Shown here one piece after another: positions 12,601 through 27,600 of a DNA stretch of 64,000 nt (the first letter of the stretch is position 1; every line of letters begins with the position of its first letter). A program made the translations under genes and the position numbers. The notes under the pieces were generated by a model. The model was not told the DNA's origin, searched no databases, and saw nothing but the letters and a program-made list of their open reading frames with translations. Origin of the DNA: Antedon mediterranea. Taxonomy: Eukaryota > Animalia > Echinodermata. The stretch covers positions 3,100,001 through 3,164,000 of the forward strand of contig NC_092671.1 in assembly GCF_964355755.1 (NCBI RefSeq), read 5' to 3'.

Positions 12601-15600
12601 AATAATATTACTAATATAAACAACCAGATACTGTGTATAAAACTACAGTGTTTATTAACAATGATCAAATCACATCATTTTTTTATTTCTAATATAGAAT
12701 TAAAAATCATTTAAAAATTATTCGTTTGTTATGTTATTTCTACTTTATATGATGAGAAACGTATTGTAGACTCCTTTGACTTATGGTTGACAACATGGTT
12801 GTCATCTAAACGCTCTTTGTGTATGGCTTTCAAGAATGCAAAGAATGTTGCCAGTGCTAGTTTAATACAGTTTTCTCGAGCTATAACGATATTTGTGTTT
12901 TTTTTTAAACATTTATTTTAAAATTATATGCATGCAGTTTCTTAACGTATGCTCAGCAAACGTTTGTGACATCCGTCCAAAGCTTGCATAGTGTATAGTT
13001 TATTATATAATGATTTTTCATTACAGTAAAATTCTACACTTATGCTAATATGAAATATTTTAATGATTTTTTATGTGTACAATAATGCAACTGTACATAC
13101 AGTATGAATATTAAAAAAGATTTTCAAATTATTTTATTTTTCATATTCATGATTTTTAAATTTATACTGCAAAATCTGTGCAGTATTTCGATGTAATTTT
13201 ACTGATACCAGTATGTCCTGATAATGGTGTGATCATTACGCAGTATGATCATTATGCAGTATGATCGTTATGAAGTGTGATAATTATGCAGTGTGATCGT
13301 CGCACTTCGTGATCATCACGCAGTGTGATCATCATCATGCAGTGTGATCATCATCATACAGTGTGATCTATATTTGTATTTTTAATACGATACATATAAT
13401 TCTCACTAACTGTGGTTTGGTTCTTTTACTGCATTCTAATTCCATATAACCCACATCAATACTCACATGTACTTTTTTTAATACTTTATTCATAGATTTC
13501 ATATCCAAAAATTAAACATTGTTTCTTTAATAAAATAATAAATAAATTTCCTTGTAGAAAATCCTACCATTTACTTTATCTAATTTAACTTCTAAAGTAG
13601 TTCAATATCTATAGAGATAATTTAATATAATAATATAATAACGTAAGCCTCCTAGACAAAGTTAATGATATTGCCATAAAATTCAAAATTAGAAAATATA
13701 ATATATTGAAAGACTAATATGTAGTAAAGACTAATATGTAGAACACCCATTAAAGGGACACCTTCAGGACCGAACAAAGTCCCTTTAATTAATAGGTGTG
13801 TTCTCTGAATATAGGTGTTTGCTTTTTTTTAAAAAACATATTTGTCCCAGTTCATTTTTTGATATAGTGCCTCCTTACTGTAGGGGTGTGTTCTTAATAG
13901 GGATGTGCCCTGAATAGAAGTGTGCCCTGAAATGGGTGTGCCCTAAATATGGGTGTTCCCCTCTCCCCTCCAATGAAGGGCTTCTACTGTATACGAATTA
14001 AGTCTTTGAAAAGGAGAAGTTTTAATAGAACTGAAGCAATTAATGGTAATCAATTTGTCTTGTTCCCTAGACAGTACTGAATAACTACAACATAAAACAA
14101 GATGCAACGCCAACATAGTTTATGCCCTGATGTATTTAAAACATGAAACAACTTTAAGTGCGTAAAAAAAGCGGTATTGTTTGATGAAAATTCCTCTGGC
14201 ATTTGCCTTTAATAAACGCTTCACGACAATGAAATGAGGCATTTGATTACAGCGGTTCTAATCACGAATAATATCAAAGTCCATAATAATTAGATAACCA
14301 CACCTCGCACTTAACAACAAACTCTATTATCACAACGCTCATTGCTCCGTTTATGTGACCTACATTTTTTTGTTTTCATTTAAACTTAACTTTCATTAAA
14401 ATTTAAACAAAATGTAGTTTCATTTTAGTAACTGTTTATTTTACATAATAATTATTGCTCTTTATTTATAATCATCATTGTTTCGATTTCTGTCATTGTT
14501 TTTATTGTTTGTTTAAATTCTGTTTCATCATGTTTTTGAATTTTGATTTTTAACATTTTATTTAAATGGCAAACTCAGTTATTGATTTTATTCAAATTTC
14601 AATAAAAAAAAATATTTATTTGTATTAAACCTCCTTATTTTTCATTTCTTTGTTTTCTGTTAATTTTTTGGACATTAGTTATTTCTTTATAACCATCCCC
14701 TTTTTCCATTTATTTAAATGAATTTTATTTTTTGTTAATATTTTTGTTTGCAGTTTAATTAAAGATTTTTTTTTGTAAATTCTCCCCTTTTATTTAAAAA
14801 AAAAAAAGATTTTTATTTTTTAATATATTGTTTAAAATTAATGAAACTTTATAAATATTTGTAATCTCCAATTTTTCATATCTTTAAAATGTTTTATTAT
14901 TTTATATTTTCTTTGAAATTAATGAAACTTCAAGTTAATACAGTAGTTGAAATTACCCATTTTCATTTTATTCACGGTACCGTAGTATATTGCTATAATT
15001 TAAAATGTAGGAGATTTACACACATTTATCATTTTCTATTCCCTTTCAATTTCAATCACGTTCTTGAAACCTTACTTTATATTGAACTATTTATGAAATT
15101 CTTGTCGGGTTAATATATATCGCTTTAAGATCTTTGAAACGTGTCTTCAGTTTTTAGAAAAAATGTCTGAATTTTATTCTTCGGAAAAATTGTTCAATTG
15201 GGTTCAATGACGGATTCCATATTCCACATTTTTGTAGTGTTTTCTTTAATTTATATTTCCGTTCTTTCCTAATATTTAAATTTTATTAACTTTTAAATCA
15301 TCACTTTAATATTCTAAAAAATTATTTTGTTTGTTTTATATACTAATATACATTAATATACATTTTCATTATATTAACATTTTGATTGCCATTCTGTAAT
15401 ACAGTGTAGGCATACCTATTTATGATAGGATATTATTTCCGTTAAAAAAACATACATAAACAAATTACACACAGTATATAGTCACGTAGAATTAGATATA
15501 TATTATATAAATTATTGTACCATAGTTTTTTATATTTTTGTGGGTATTATTAATATTACAGAAGAGAATATTGTTTGAAATATTTTAATTTTATACTTTA

Positions 15601-18600
15601 TACTTCAGATACAGAGTACAGCCATCATCATGTGGTTGCGGATAGGGCAATTTTTTGCCCTTCGAAAGGTTATTGTTTTTATATGTATATGTTGTTGTTT
15701 ACGAAATAGCTTTGTTTATTTGTTTTGTTTGGCCATCAACACCTTTTGCAAGCTTCTATTTATACTAATATGCATTTCATCTGTGATTCTCTTGTCTCTT
15801 TTCTCTATTCTAATGCATGCTCCTGTTGTTAATACTAAAACCAGAAAGGTATATACATGTACATTTCTAAATGCGTAAACAGAGTTTTATCATTGTTCTA
15901 GAATCTCACGAGTGTCAAACCATACATTATGTTTGTTTCACGATAGTAATTCACTTTCATCCTTGTAATATTATTAAGTTAACATGCAGTGTGTAAATTT
16001 AATTTATTCGTGTAGTGTTCACAATGATATTCTGTTCTTACAACTCTGTATACAACATTAGGTTTCATCTCTATTATCATTGCTACATTGCCTAACTATT
16101 GTTATAACAATGTATTAAATTTATAAATATGAATAAACTAAAAATGCCGTATTTATTAAGATATACTGTAGTTATTTATTGGGATTCCAAACATTAAAAA
16201 ATAAAGATGAATGTAATCCAACTTTGATTAGGCCATTTTGTAATTTGATTTTATTGAGTTATTTAGAAGAGAAGGTTCCCCTTCTCCCCAAAAAATAATT
16301 GTTGAAGTTGAATTTAACCAAAGACTCATCGATTTCAAGTTGACTATTTTTTTTTCTTGAAATTACAATTTGATCAGGTAAATAAATTTTTTTTCTTTTA
16401 TGACAAAAAGGCAACAAAAAATTTGTTAAAAATTATTTTGTCAGTGGGATTCTTTAATGTAAATGACATTTAGTTAAAATTATAACATGACAATTTAGAA
16501 GTGACATACATCACTTTCCATTCTTCATTCTTCGTTTGTTTATATTTATTTTATTTGTATGTAATAATGACAACAGTATTCATCTATGTAAATAACAGTA
16601 TTAAATTGCTACATCATTACAACATTATTGACAATGATGTGTTAGTGTTCGTCATATAATATAGATTTAATGTAACCATGTTGTTACGCATACTACAGTA
16701 GGATTAGCAATGACACATAATATCGATATCAATCAATGTTATCAAGAGCATAATTATCAATATGTCATTATCAATCATTTTATATAATATTATTCTGGAT
16801 GACATTATCAAATTAATAGATAAAACATCTTTAATAATTATTCATTCATCTAGATTAATCATGTTTACACAAACTTTACACAAACTATACGTAAATGTCA
16901 AATAAATTTGAACTGGAGTTACAAAATTTGACTTAAGCTATGTCCACACTATCAAACTTTATGTGACAACAAAATGTGATGTGCCCATAAATATGGACAT
17001 GGTGATGTCATATCACTACCACATTTGGGCATATCACTACCACATTTGGGCATATCACTACCATATTTGGGCATCTCAAACTTTTTTGTCATCTAGTTTA
17101 ATAGTGACAGAGCTTTATTCTTGATAATTTACATAAATAATTAGTGGCACTGTGGCTTGTCAGTTACCATGCTTGCTTCCGTTTCTAAAGTCTTAGGATC
17201 AATTCTCATGACCAAAACAACTACCCAAGCCTCATAAGAAACATGGTTTAGAAAAAGGTGACTATCCATCCTATGAATAAAAGCTACTTAAAAGATGTGT
17301 TAAAAATAAACAGGCTATGGATACAATTATAAATTATATGTTTTAATTGAAATACGGCTTTACCACGTTGAAATACCGGTTCTCGTCAGATCACCGAAGT
17401 TAAGCAACGTTGGGCCTGGTAAGAGCTTGGATGGGAGACCATCTGGGAATATTGGGTGCTGTATATGGAGCTGGGGTCCTGTTAGGCATTTGAAATCAGC
17501 ACTGCTGACTCTTATGGCAGCCCCTGCATCTAGTATCTGCCTTTTCTCTGGTCAAGGTGAAGCCCTTGATCAATGTAGGACCGATCAAGGTGATTTAAAC
17601 AGTCCTGGCTTTGTTTGTATCAAACCTGTTAGTGGCGGTAATTATCGCTGTTGGTTTCAATTGAATAAAATAAAATAAAAAATAAATTATTTATACTGCT
17701 AAACAATGTAGCAAATTATTATGCAAGCTTACAATGCGAGGGTGGGGTGTGCAGGGTTGTAGAAAATAAATAATATATAATAATTAAAGACATCACTAAA
17801 TAAATTAGTAGTTCTGATCTTCCGTCAGCCATATTGATTTTGATTAGGAGTTTGATTCACTTCTTTAATTAGTACGCGAAATATTATACAGTCGTTGATG
17901 GAATTTTTAATTTAGAATTAACACCACGAAATGGCACTTGGCGGTTACGACAAGTTCGTCCTTCCAATTATTGAATAATTTAATGATTGACGTTGCGTGG
18001 ATTATATATTCGTCGTTTGCATGTTGATATCATATTGCTATTGTGATTCTACCGTTCTCACCATGTGCAAAATTATTGATTTCTGTATGCTGCTATTACT
18101 TGATAGTGTGAAACAATTGAAATTGCCTAGCATGTGCAATACACCGTAGAATGCTATATTAATGGTGGCCACAATTCATCTATTTTAGATACATAGATAT
18201 TTTAACAATACAATTTTTTGGGTAATTTAAAACAACTACTTGCCTTGCTAAATATCTTATAGTTTCTCTTAGCTTATTATTTAGTGGTTGTGAGAATTTA
18301 AAATGTGATGGAACTTTTAAATAGTGTAAATTACCATAAAAGTAAGCCCATATCAGGTTTATATTAAGATCACCCTCTTCTATTCATAAATTTGCTTCTT
18401 GTTAGTTGAAAAACAATAAAGTGTCCCTTAATAGGAGCTTCTCTAAAGACAGATGCTAATGTACTGTATGTATTATGAGAAATATTTGATGAATATTTGT
18501 TTTTTACTCCCTGTACATCAAGTGTTAACCATAATATGTTCAAACGGCTTCTCATTATCAGGGTATTAAATGTATAAAATCTACTCTGTCGACTGAATCC

Positions 18601-21600
18601 ATTAACATTTCTGAACTATTTTTACAACATTTTGTGACATTTAAAAAGTAGCTAGAATTTACACGGTCAATATGTAGTTTCAATTTCGAGACATTTAAAA
18701 ATTTGATATATTTTAAAAGGAAAATTCTGCCTTAAAGTGAGTTATATAAGCAACATAAAATCTTGTAATCTGATAAATATAATTTTTAATATCTTGATTT
18801 GTTTCATATTTTTCATAATTTGATATAAAACGAATCGTTAAAAATCATTATTTCAAAATAGAATTCATAAATACTGAAATCAAATATTTATCCTAATGCT
18901 CTGTTTACACTATCAAATTAGTTTGACAAAAAAAGTGTGATGAGCCGAAATAAGTTATTGAAATGACATCATGATGTCCATATGAGCACATCACATTTTT
19001 TTGTCACAAAGTTTGGTAGTATAGACAGAGCTTTAGAAACAAAAAACAAATGAATTATAAATCATTATGAAACAAAAAAAAAAAAATTAGTTAATGCACG
19101 TTTATTTTATTAGTAGAATAGAAAACCAAATACATGACAGTTTAATGTAAGACGAACCATACTGTTAAAAGCATTTCATAATACGGCTTGTCTAACTTGA
19201 TTTTATTCTGTTTGTCTAGCTTGTATTTTGTTGTCTTAAGTGAAATTATAGACACTAATGTTTGTTTTGAGTTGATATGAATCTTACTTTAATCGATTCT
19301 TCACCAATATTCAGCCATCTTGCATTTCACTTGGATAGTGTGAAAATAATATAATAGCTATTCCTTTTATATATAATTATTTATACAAAACTAAATTTTC
19401 GTTTTGTCACAGTTTTGCTTTTAGTCAGGGTTTCATTAGTTTTTTGTAGTTTGATATATTTTTTTCCCATGTATTTTATTTAATAATTTAGCTTTTATAA
19501 GAATAGGAAATTTGGGAGACAAGTTTAAAGTAGTTTTTTAAAAATATTTTCATTTGATTAATGTATTGGAATTCTATGTTTGATTTATGAATATCAAGAT
19601 TTAATTTTGATAAACAAATATAGAAAAAGTAATTTTCGTGCAAATTGCAAGGATTTTTTTTAAATTGGTGTGGGAGGTGATAATTATGTAATTCCAATAT
19701 TGTCGAGACCATCTAATAAATCTTTAAAACTTGACTAGAATGTGTGGGTGAACTATTAATTGCTGTGTACAAAAATAAATCATTTTAAGTGAAAAGAGGG
19801 AGTACTCCTAGCCATTTTAGTCTGAAACAGAAACATTTTGGGATATAGGCTTTGTAGGTATAGCTTAAGCTCCTCTTATAAATTAACTCACATTTTGAAT
19901 AGGATGCAAATTTTAGTGGATGGCTGCTTTAAGACAGGGTAAAACCATCCTAGATCCGCCCCTGACTATCATCATGTTTCATTAACAAAAAAAGGAGTGG
20001 TTTGCACCCTCTATGCCATTGTCTATAAATTCTCTATCTCTTTGATTAAAACTCTATATATTGATATGTGCATGTTTGAGAATGTAATAAAACCATTGTT
20101 TTTTGTTGAGTGTCATTATGCATGTTTGTTTCACTTCTCTATAACACACAATCATGTATATTAGTATGTTTTCAGTTGCTCTATACTTTTAACAAAACTA
20201 TTTATTTGGCGTACATTCTTGTCCTTTCAACATTTTAACTTGTAGCCAACATTTTGAATATTTCAGAGCTTGGATGGTTTAGATCACGGCTGAGGTAATG
20301 TTATATTAACATTCGCATTTTTTTGTATTGCTTCCATTGTTTTGTTGCGCAATCCCCTTTTCTATCAATCTCGAAAAATATATATGTACATCTGGGCAGA
20401 GTAGAGTATCTCTTCGGAGATCCTGCCTTGTGAATTGAAGCTAAAGATGAGGGCGTGCTAATTTGATCTTCGTTGCGCGCATGTACAAATACGAACTAGT
20501 CACGTATCACCGTACCTTGTTACGAGTGAAAGGAGTTATCCAATGAGATTGAGACAATCTCAGTGGTTGCATATTCTCTGTTGAGAAAACTTTTTTCACT
20601 TTCGTAGATCTCCTCATCTTTATACCATTTATTTTGTACATATGTATGAGTATGTATATATTACATGTATGGTTTACTGTAGATATATACATAGAGTATA
20701 TTTATTTTTTACATCACAATATGGCAGATTTTCTAAGATTAATACTCAGTCATTTGTTGACGTTTATTAAGAACATTTATGTTTTATTAATACTAACAAT
20801 TGATAACATGGTCAACTTCTCTTCGCCTTAAACAATCTAGTTATGAAAATATTGAATGTTAGTGAAAATGGAAGTTATTTTTTTGTAATATTCCTTGGTT
20901 TAGTCCAGAGGCTCACTGACCTAACATTGGCTGCTGTTAGAATTATAGTGTTGTAACCATGCATGAGAAATGACTTAAAATGTGGATAGTTTGTAATATG
21001 GGCTCGTCAGTAACACACACAAAATGTAGAAAAAAAAATCTGCTTTTTAATATTACCATTGGGAAGAAGCAAAATGGAATAACACAACAAAAACATTTGG
21101 AAAAATCATATCTCTTTGTATTCCATACAGCCAATTTAATTTGGAAAATGCAGTATATGTAATCCTATGCTCTGGTATAATCCCATGCTCTGGTTTAATT
21201 CCATGCTCTGGTATAATCCCATGCTCTGGTATAATCCCATGCTCTGGTATAATCCCATGCTCTGGTATAATCCCATGCTCTGGTATAATCCCATGCTCTG
21301 GTTTAATTCCATGCTCTGGTATAATCCCATGCTCTGGTATAATCCCATGCTCTGGTATAATCCCATGCTCTGGTATAATCCCATGCTCTGGTATAATCCC
21401 ATGCTCTGGTATAATCCCATGCTCTGGTATAATCCCACTGTCAAAATTATGTTACTACAATGTATTAAATTCAACGTCTTTTAATAATATCTGACTTTAT
21501 TATCTGACTTTATTCAGGCATATACAGTTTAGTAATCCATTGCGTTTATATTAACAGACAATAATCTAGCTATTGCATTGGTTTGGTGATCTTCCTAAAA

Positions 21601-24600
21601 ACTAAGAAATCTAGCAGATTTTTTTCTCTACTAAATACTTCTGGTGATGGGGTCTGAAGTAAATCTACTCTACTGTCAGGTTTTAAGGAAACTGTAGTGT
21701 TGACTATTATTAAAGTATGGATTCAACGTCTTTTCCACTCTAGTGGCCTTCTGCCCAATTGTTATCACGTCCCACCTATATCATCATGCTATTTAGTTTT
21801 TTGCTTCCAAATACTTTTTCATTTCAACACCTTCAACGTTCTTGTATGACGTATTTATGTTTTAATATTCCATCTAATGTTTACTAATTTGTTTTGTCTG
21901 ATTGCAATAGTACATTATTATTTGCATATCAATTATTTTAAACAAATTTCAGATTATATCCACCGTTACCTAAATGCATTCTATCTAATAATAGAAACCA
22001 TTTACATATATTTGCCGTTTGTCAAACATGCATCTGTAATTTATACATACTACAATAAATTTACTATAATTGTAATGTAGTGTTTTCAAGTATTATTTTA
22101 ATAATTGATTATTTACTTATTGCAATATTGTCATGATTTTAACATGAGTGATCAGTATCTTACTTTTTGTATAAGCAACAATATCTACTAGATAGGTAGA
22201 TAGGTTTTCCAATATTTAATAATAACATGCTCATTTAGTATAAAAATATTTTATTTTTGCCAAAATTCAAGTTTGTTTGGTTTTTCCCCCTCATATTAAC
22301 ATCTTCAATTTGTATAAAAACAATTTTTTTCTTTTTCAAATAAATACAATTTGAAATTTGTCTTGGAACTTTTAACCCATTTCGGACATCTGTCATAATG
22401 TATTTGTGTGCGAGATGACATAGCTTATAGATTAAATAGAGCTTTTCTTTAGTCATTATTTCTCTGCTCTGCATGTGTATTGCAATGCATTTGATGATAC
22501 CTAGTAATCGCCAAAACTATTCCTAATTTGGTAAGTGTACATTTTATACTTTAAAAATATTAAAGAATACATTATTTATTTATGATCTGTATACACACAT
22601 TGTTTAAAAACTGAATTGAAACCAAAGTTACCATTTTACATAGTTTATCAATAACCGTGTGTATTACAATATCACAACATTCACAACATTCTACTGCATT
22701 ATTCAACATAAATATCACTATACAGTATTTGAAAGTTTGTTTAGTACACATGTACAGTATGATGAATGTATTGACATGCACATACTATGCTCATAGCATA
22801 TTATACTTTCTGTTTAGACAAATTTCTTAGCAAAGTTTCAAGGAGATGGTCCATGGGAAGTTTCTTTTATACCTTTTTCACATTGTCTTGCAAAACTCTG
22901 GGCAAAAAAAGTGTGATGTGGCCAAATATGGTAGTGATATTACATCATCATGTCCATATATTGGCACATCACATTTTTTGTCACATAATGTTTGATAGTG
23001 TAAATAGAGTTTAAAGTCACCCACAATACAGAAAATGTTCCAGAGTTTTGCTAGGTAATGTGAAAGGGATACTAGTGAAAGTATGGTTTCCTGTTTCCTT
23101 AGTGAAGGGATCAGAAAGAAAACGTTTAGCAACCCCCCTGAAACTTCTTTACCTAATTACCTTTAAATAATGCACTGTAATGTTAGATAATAACAACTCA
23201 TATCAAACCTATTGTTAAGAATTATGTGTGTTGAATTATCGATCTGTTGTCTTCATGTAGTCAATATTTATCACATGTACATAAAGTTTGATGACTTCAT
23301 ACTTTGCAACAATATTTATATATACAAGATTGCTTTAATGTTTAAGACACAGTGTTTTCCTTCTAAGCTTTTAAAAAAACTAACATCTTTACTTACTACA
23401 CCATATTTAATTACATGTGTACAGCTTTATTCATTCATTTTATTTGTTTTAAGTTCAAATCATCAATTTAGTTTTGTTTCTGTTTTTAAATAATACAGTA
23501 CACTGCTGTTGTAAGTAGCGACCTTTCGTTTTCAGGACATGCCTTTATATACAGCTTTCGATTTGAAAAGTCATTCTGCACACATAGAATTACTGTTAGA
23601 CTCAGTAGCTGCCTATTGTGTGGTTCATCGTGAAAACGAAAAGTAGCTATTAACATAGTCAACACTTAACTATCAAATGTATGATTACTTGTGTTAAAGA
23701 ATTTGGTAGATTTTATTGATGGTAGAGGGGGAAATATTCACTAGTGAATTTAGTTTAATAGAATGCAATGCACTAAACAAAATGTACTAATTAATATCAC
23801 TAACAATGTTAGTAAACAGATACAAGAGGTTACAATAGTAATATCTAGTGTTGAGGATGTAGCTTGGTAGTTAACATGCTTGCCTTCCAGTCCCACAGTC
23901 CGGAGTTCAATCCTAGTGCCAGGGTTGTAACTCAAGACTTTCTTTCGCATTTGCAGTATACCCGTTTGTGAATTAAGCTTAGGCTGGAAAATCAATTTCT
24001 AGCTGTTTTTTTTTATCCCAAAAAAAACCCCCCAAACTTAATAGTATATCCATACTCATTTTCTATTTAATACAATTAGAAAATAATCTGAATAAATTTA
24101 AACCTAGTTTGACGTTTTACAGTTGGCTAAATATCCTCCCTCTTTTTATTACAATATTAGCATGGTAGGATTCTGATGCAGAAATAATGTATTGCGGATA
24201 TATTGCATTTTGGTGAGAAAAAAAGCACTTCTTTGTTTGATTTTTTGCCCTATTATTATTTGGTTATTTTTTGCTTGTTTAATGAATAGAGGCTAAATTC
24301 AATTGAGCTATCGAGTTTTGTAAAATTATTAAATACAGTTCTGTAAATTAGATTGTATTTAACTAATACCTTTAAAGAACTTTGACAGTATAATTATTGT
24401 GGCATTCTAAAAATAGATATGAGTTGTTTGTTATTACTATTTCGGGTTTCTTTACAGAATTTAATACATATTTATTATAGAATGAATGTTTGTTTTTATT
24501 GCATTACTAACCATAGTCAACTTGCACATACATTATTTAACCTTTGTTATCGTCAGCCATTTTGTTTTTCAATTCCTTTGCATTCATCAGAGTTTGATCA

Positions 24601-27600
24601 TGTTAAATTATGTTTTTTTTTTAAATCCTCATTTGTTAATCATCATACACTATCTAATTTTAAAATGAGTGATATTAATTCCTTAGTACCCTTCATAAAT
24701 AAGTTAATTTAGTACATTTAACATTGCGTGCATGTGTTTGTGAGATAATAGTATTGTACACAACTGTGTTCCAAGTCAATTCACAACAGCGAAGAGTGTG
24801 TTCACACCAGTCGGTTGATTCACACACTACCAGTTAAGGTTGTGTTCACACCAATTAGAAATATTCATGTCAGAGTTCAATCATAAAAATTGGTACAATA
24901 ATATTCGTGAATGTTTAATACTAATTATATTATTAAAATAATTTTATAAAGTGTACTAATTTTTCTGATTCTCTGCTTGATATGAACTTTTTTTAAATTT
25001 GGTAGCTGATAAATGCAGTTTCAAACCTCCATATTTTTGTACCATGTTTCTAAAGCTCTGTCTACACTATCAAACTAGTTTAACAAAAAAGTGTGATGTA
25101 CTCAAATATGGTAGTGATATACATCATCATGTCCATATATGGGCACATCACATCATGTAAAGTTTGATAGTGTGAACAGAGCTTTACACTGTGAGTTATG
25201 TTTGCATTTGCATTACAGAGGTTTGGAACTGCATTGCCATTGTAGGTTTATATCATATATTTGGTTATAATTTGGTGGTATCATGGACCTTATAAATTAA
25301 TATAAGTCCATGGTGTTAAATACAGTCAGCTATCCTAGGAATCGAACTGTCTCACAAACAGAGCCTCTCCTAAAACATGCTTTCCAATTATTGAAATTTC
25401 ATTTGGAAATCTGAAAACCCAAAAATCCAGACAATTTTTGGCAATAAAAGGTTGTCCAGTATTGGGAGAGTTGACTGTATGAAGAATAACCAAATTTGTT
25501 AGGAAGTGTGCCTACAAAGCTTTAAAAAACCTGGATACCTGGACTGTTATTCCCTCATTTCCTTCCCACATTTTCCCTCCTAAACATTTTCCACGAATGA
25601 ATTCATTAGTGGGAATATATTTGTAGTATATTCCTTTATAATTATATACTATTTTTTCTGGTTTGATTATTAGATAATGTTTGTTATTCTTTAGTAAATT
25701 TTTTTTTATAAGGGAATTCTCAGTACTTGTTCACATGGTTAAATAACATTAGTAATTTATAATCATAGTTAAAAACAATTTATATACAGTCTAGATGTCC
25801 CTCTCAGGTGTTTCAAAGGTAAGTGTTTTCTTTTCCGTGTGAATTGAAATAAATATAGATAACATCACATAATTATTCTTTGCACACAAATTATATTAAT
25901 ATGGTGGTTTAATCAGGGAGTTGTAAATTTTACAACTACCTGGTTTTAATGAACGTTTATTTCCGAATCATTTAGCAACTTTTATTTTACGTATCTGGTA
26001 AACCAACATGATGTATTTTTTTATGCTACAGGTAGACTCTATCCGCAGTGAAGCGAGAAAGGTTGATTTTATGCCTAGTATTATATTATATTTCATAATT
26101 CGGTACATATTGATGCAACACACTGAATGACTTGCATGACCTATGTGTAGTGTTTACTGGAGCATGCAATTTGAACTTTAACCTACTAACCCTTAAAGAA
26201 AAAGTAATAATTTTCCACAACCCATTAAAGTTTATTTTTCATTATTTCTATTATTGCTTAAAATTGTCTTGTGATTCTTGAATGTTCATTTGTTTCTTAT
26301 AGAATCACTATTTAATAACTAAATAATTAATATTTATGATTTAATAATTTATCAACTAATAGTAATTTTGATGAAATAGGTAAAAGTAGTTGATAAATGG
26401 AGGCTGGTTTAATAATTGTTGGTTGTTGAATATTTTGTTTAATATGCACTTTAATTTTAGTTTTTGCCTAATTGCCAAAATCGCTCAAGTGTAAGAACGG
26501 ACTTTGGTGCTTAGCTAAAAATAAGTTAAAACAACTTAATTAATTCACACGTAACAATTTGAAAGAAATAACACGATGCAATTTAATTCAAAATTAGTGT
26601 CGTATTTCCAATGTAAATTAATTAAAATTAATAACGTTTACACCATTCGGAGCACTTTTTGCTGTGCAAACCATTTGAACTTTAACCTTTCATGATTGTT
26701 TATCAATATACTGTATCATCATTCTAAACTTGATATTTTTCAACTCTATTTTCATCTTAAATCAAATTTATCGTCATTCAGATCAGTCCGTCTTATTTGT
26801 GTTTTTAATAATACCACATTGGTTTTGCATCAGAATTTAGTCTGTTATAACTATATATATCTATCAAATTTACTTTAGTTTGTAACTCACCAAACAAAAG
26901 CCAGTGTGTGCGTGGAGCGTTTATGTGCGTGCGTGCGTGTGTATTATATATGCATGAAGGGTATATGTCCGTTAAACCTTGCTATTATCACTACTACTAC
27001 TCATAATCTGCTTAGCGCCCTCTATCACTTCTGCTATTTTCATATTCATTAATCCTGTACACAGTCATGAATATTCATTCCCTACAGGAAGGTGATTGGA
27101 TGAGAGCATTTGACGGCTATGAATATTAATATTTTGTTTGTTCTTATTCACAGAGGCAATAAAGTCAAGATGAATAGGGTAATCATAAAATGATGTTGTG
27201 TTTCTTAAACACGCCCATAACATTAGGTTCTAATTCATCATTTGTGCCAAACTAGATTCTCCTATTACTCTTCCTCTATATATATATATATTTATATATT
27301 TATTATACTACATAGATAACTTTTATATTGCTCACTATCTCCATTATAATTGGGTAGAAAAGTTGATATAACATAAACCAACGGCCGAGAGGTCGACTAC
27401 TGATTAGTTTTAAACAAGAAAGTATAATGCATAGTCAAAGAAATATAATAAACACAGTTTGGGACTAATTTATCATTTATTTTAAATAATTCTTACAGAT
27501 GATCATGAAAAAATGAATGTTGAAATATTAATTCTAAATATCAGAATATAATTAAATCCCTGAAATAATAAATAGGATGATGATATTAAATTAATAATCA

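Noticed and set aside
17351-17465. Functional 5S rRNA gene
   Set aside because: Ends are damaged, several substitutions, no T-run terminator, and it is fused to a body and A-rich tail: a SINE head
21136-21494. Three overlapping repetitive ORFs (GLYQSM, CSGIIP, MLWYNP)
   Set aside because: By-products of a stop-free 18-bp minisatellite; no convincing splice sites or start context
20900-21760. Further microexon candidates near 20907, 21519 and 21744
   Set aside because: Acceptors are plausible but donors are too weak to support without RNA data
23845-23920. tRNA-Gly gene
   Set aside because: Acceptor stem does not close well, and dispersed diverged copies share the downstream body: a SINE
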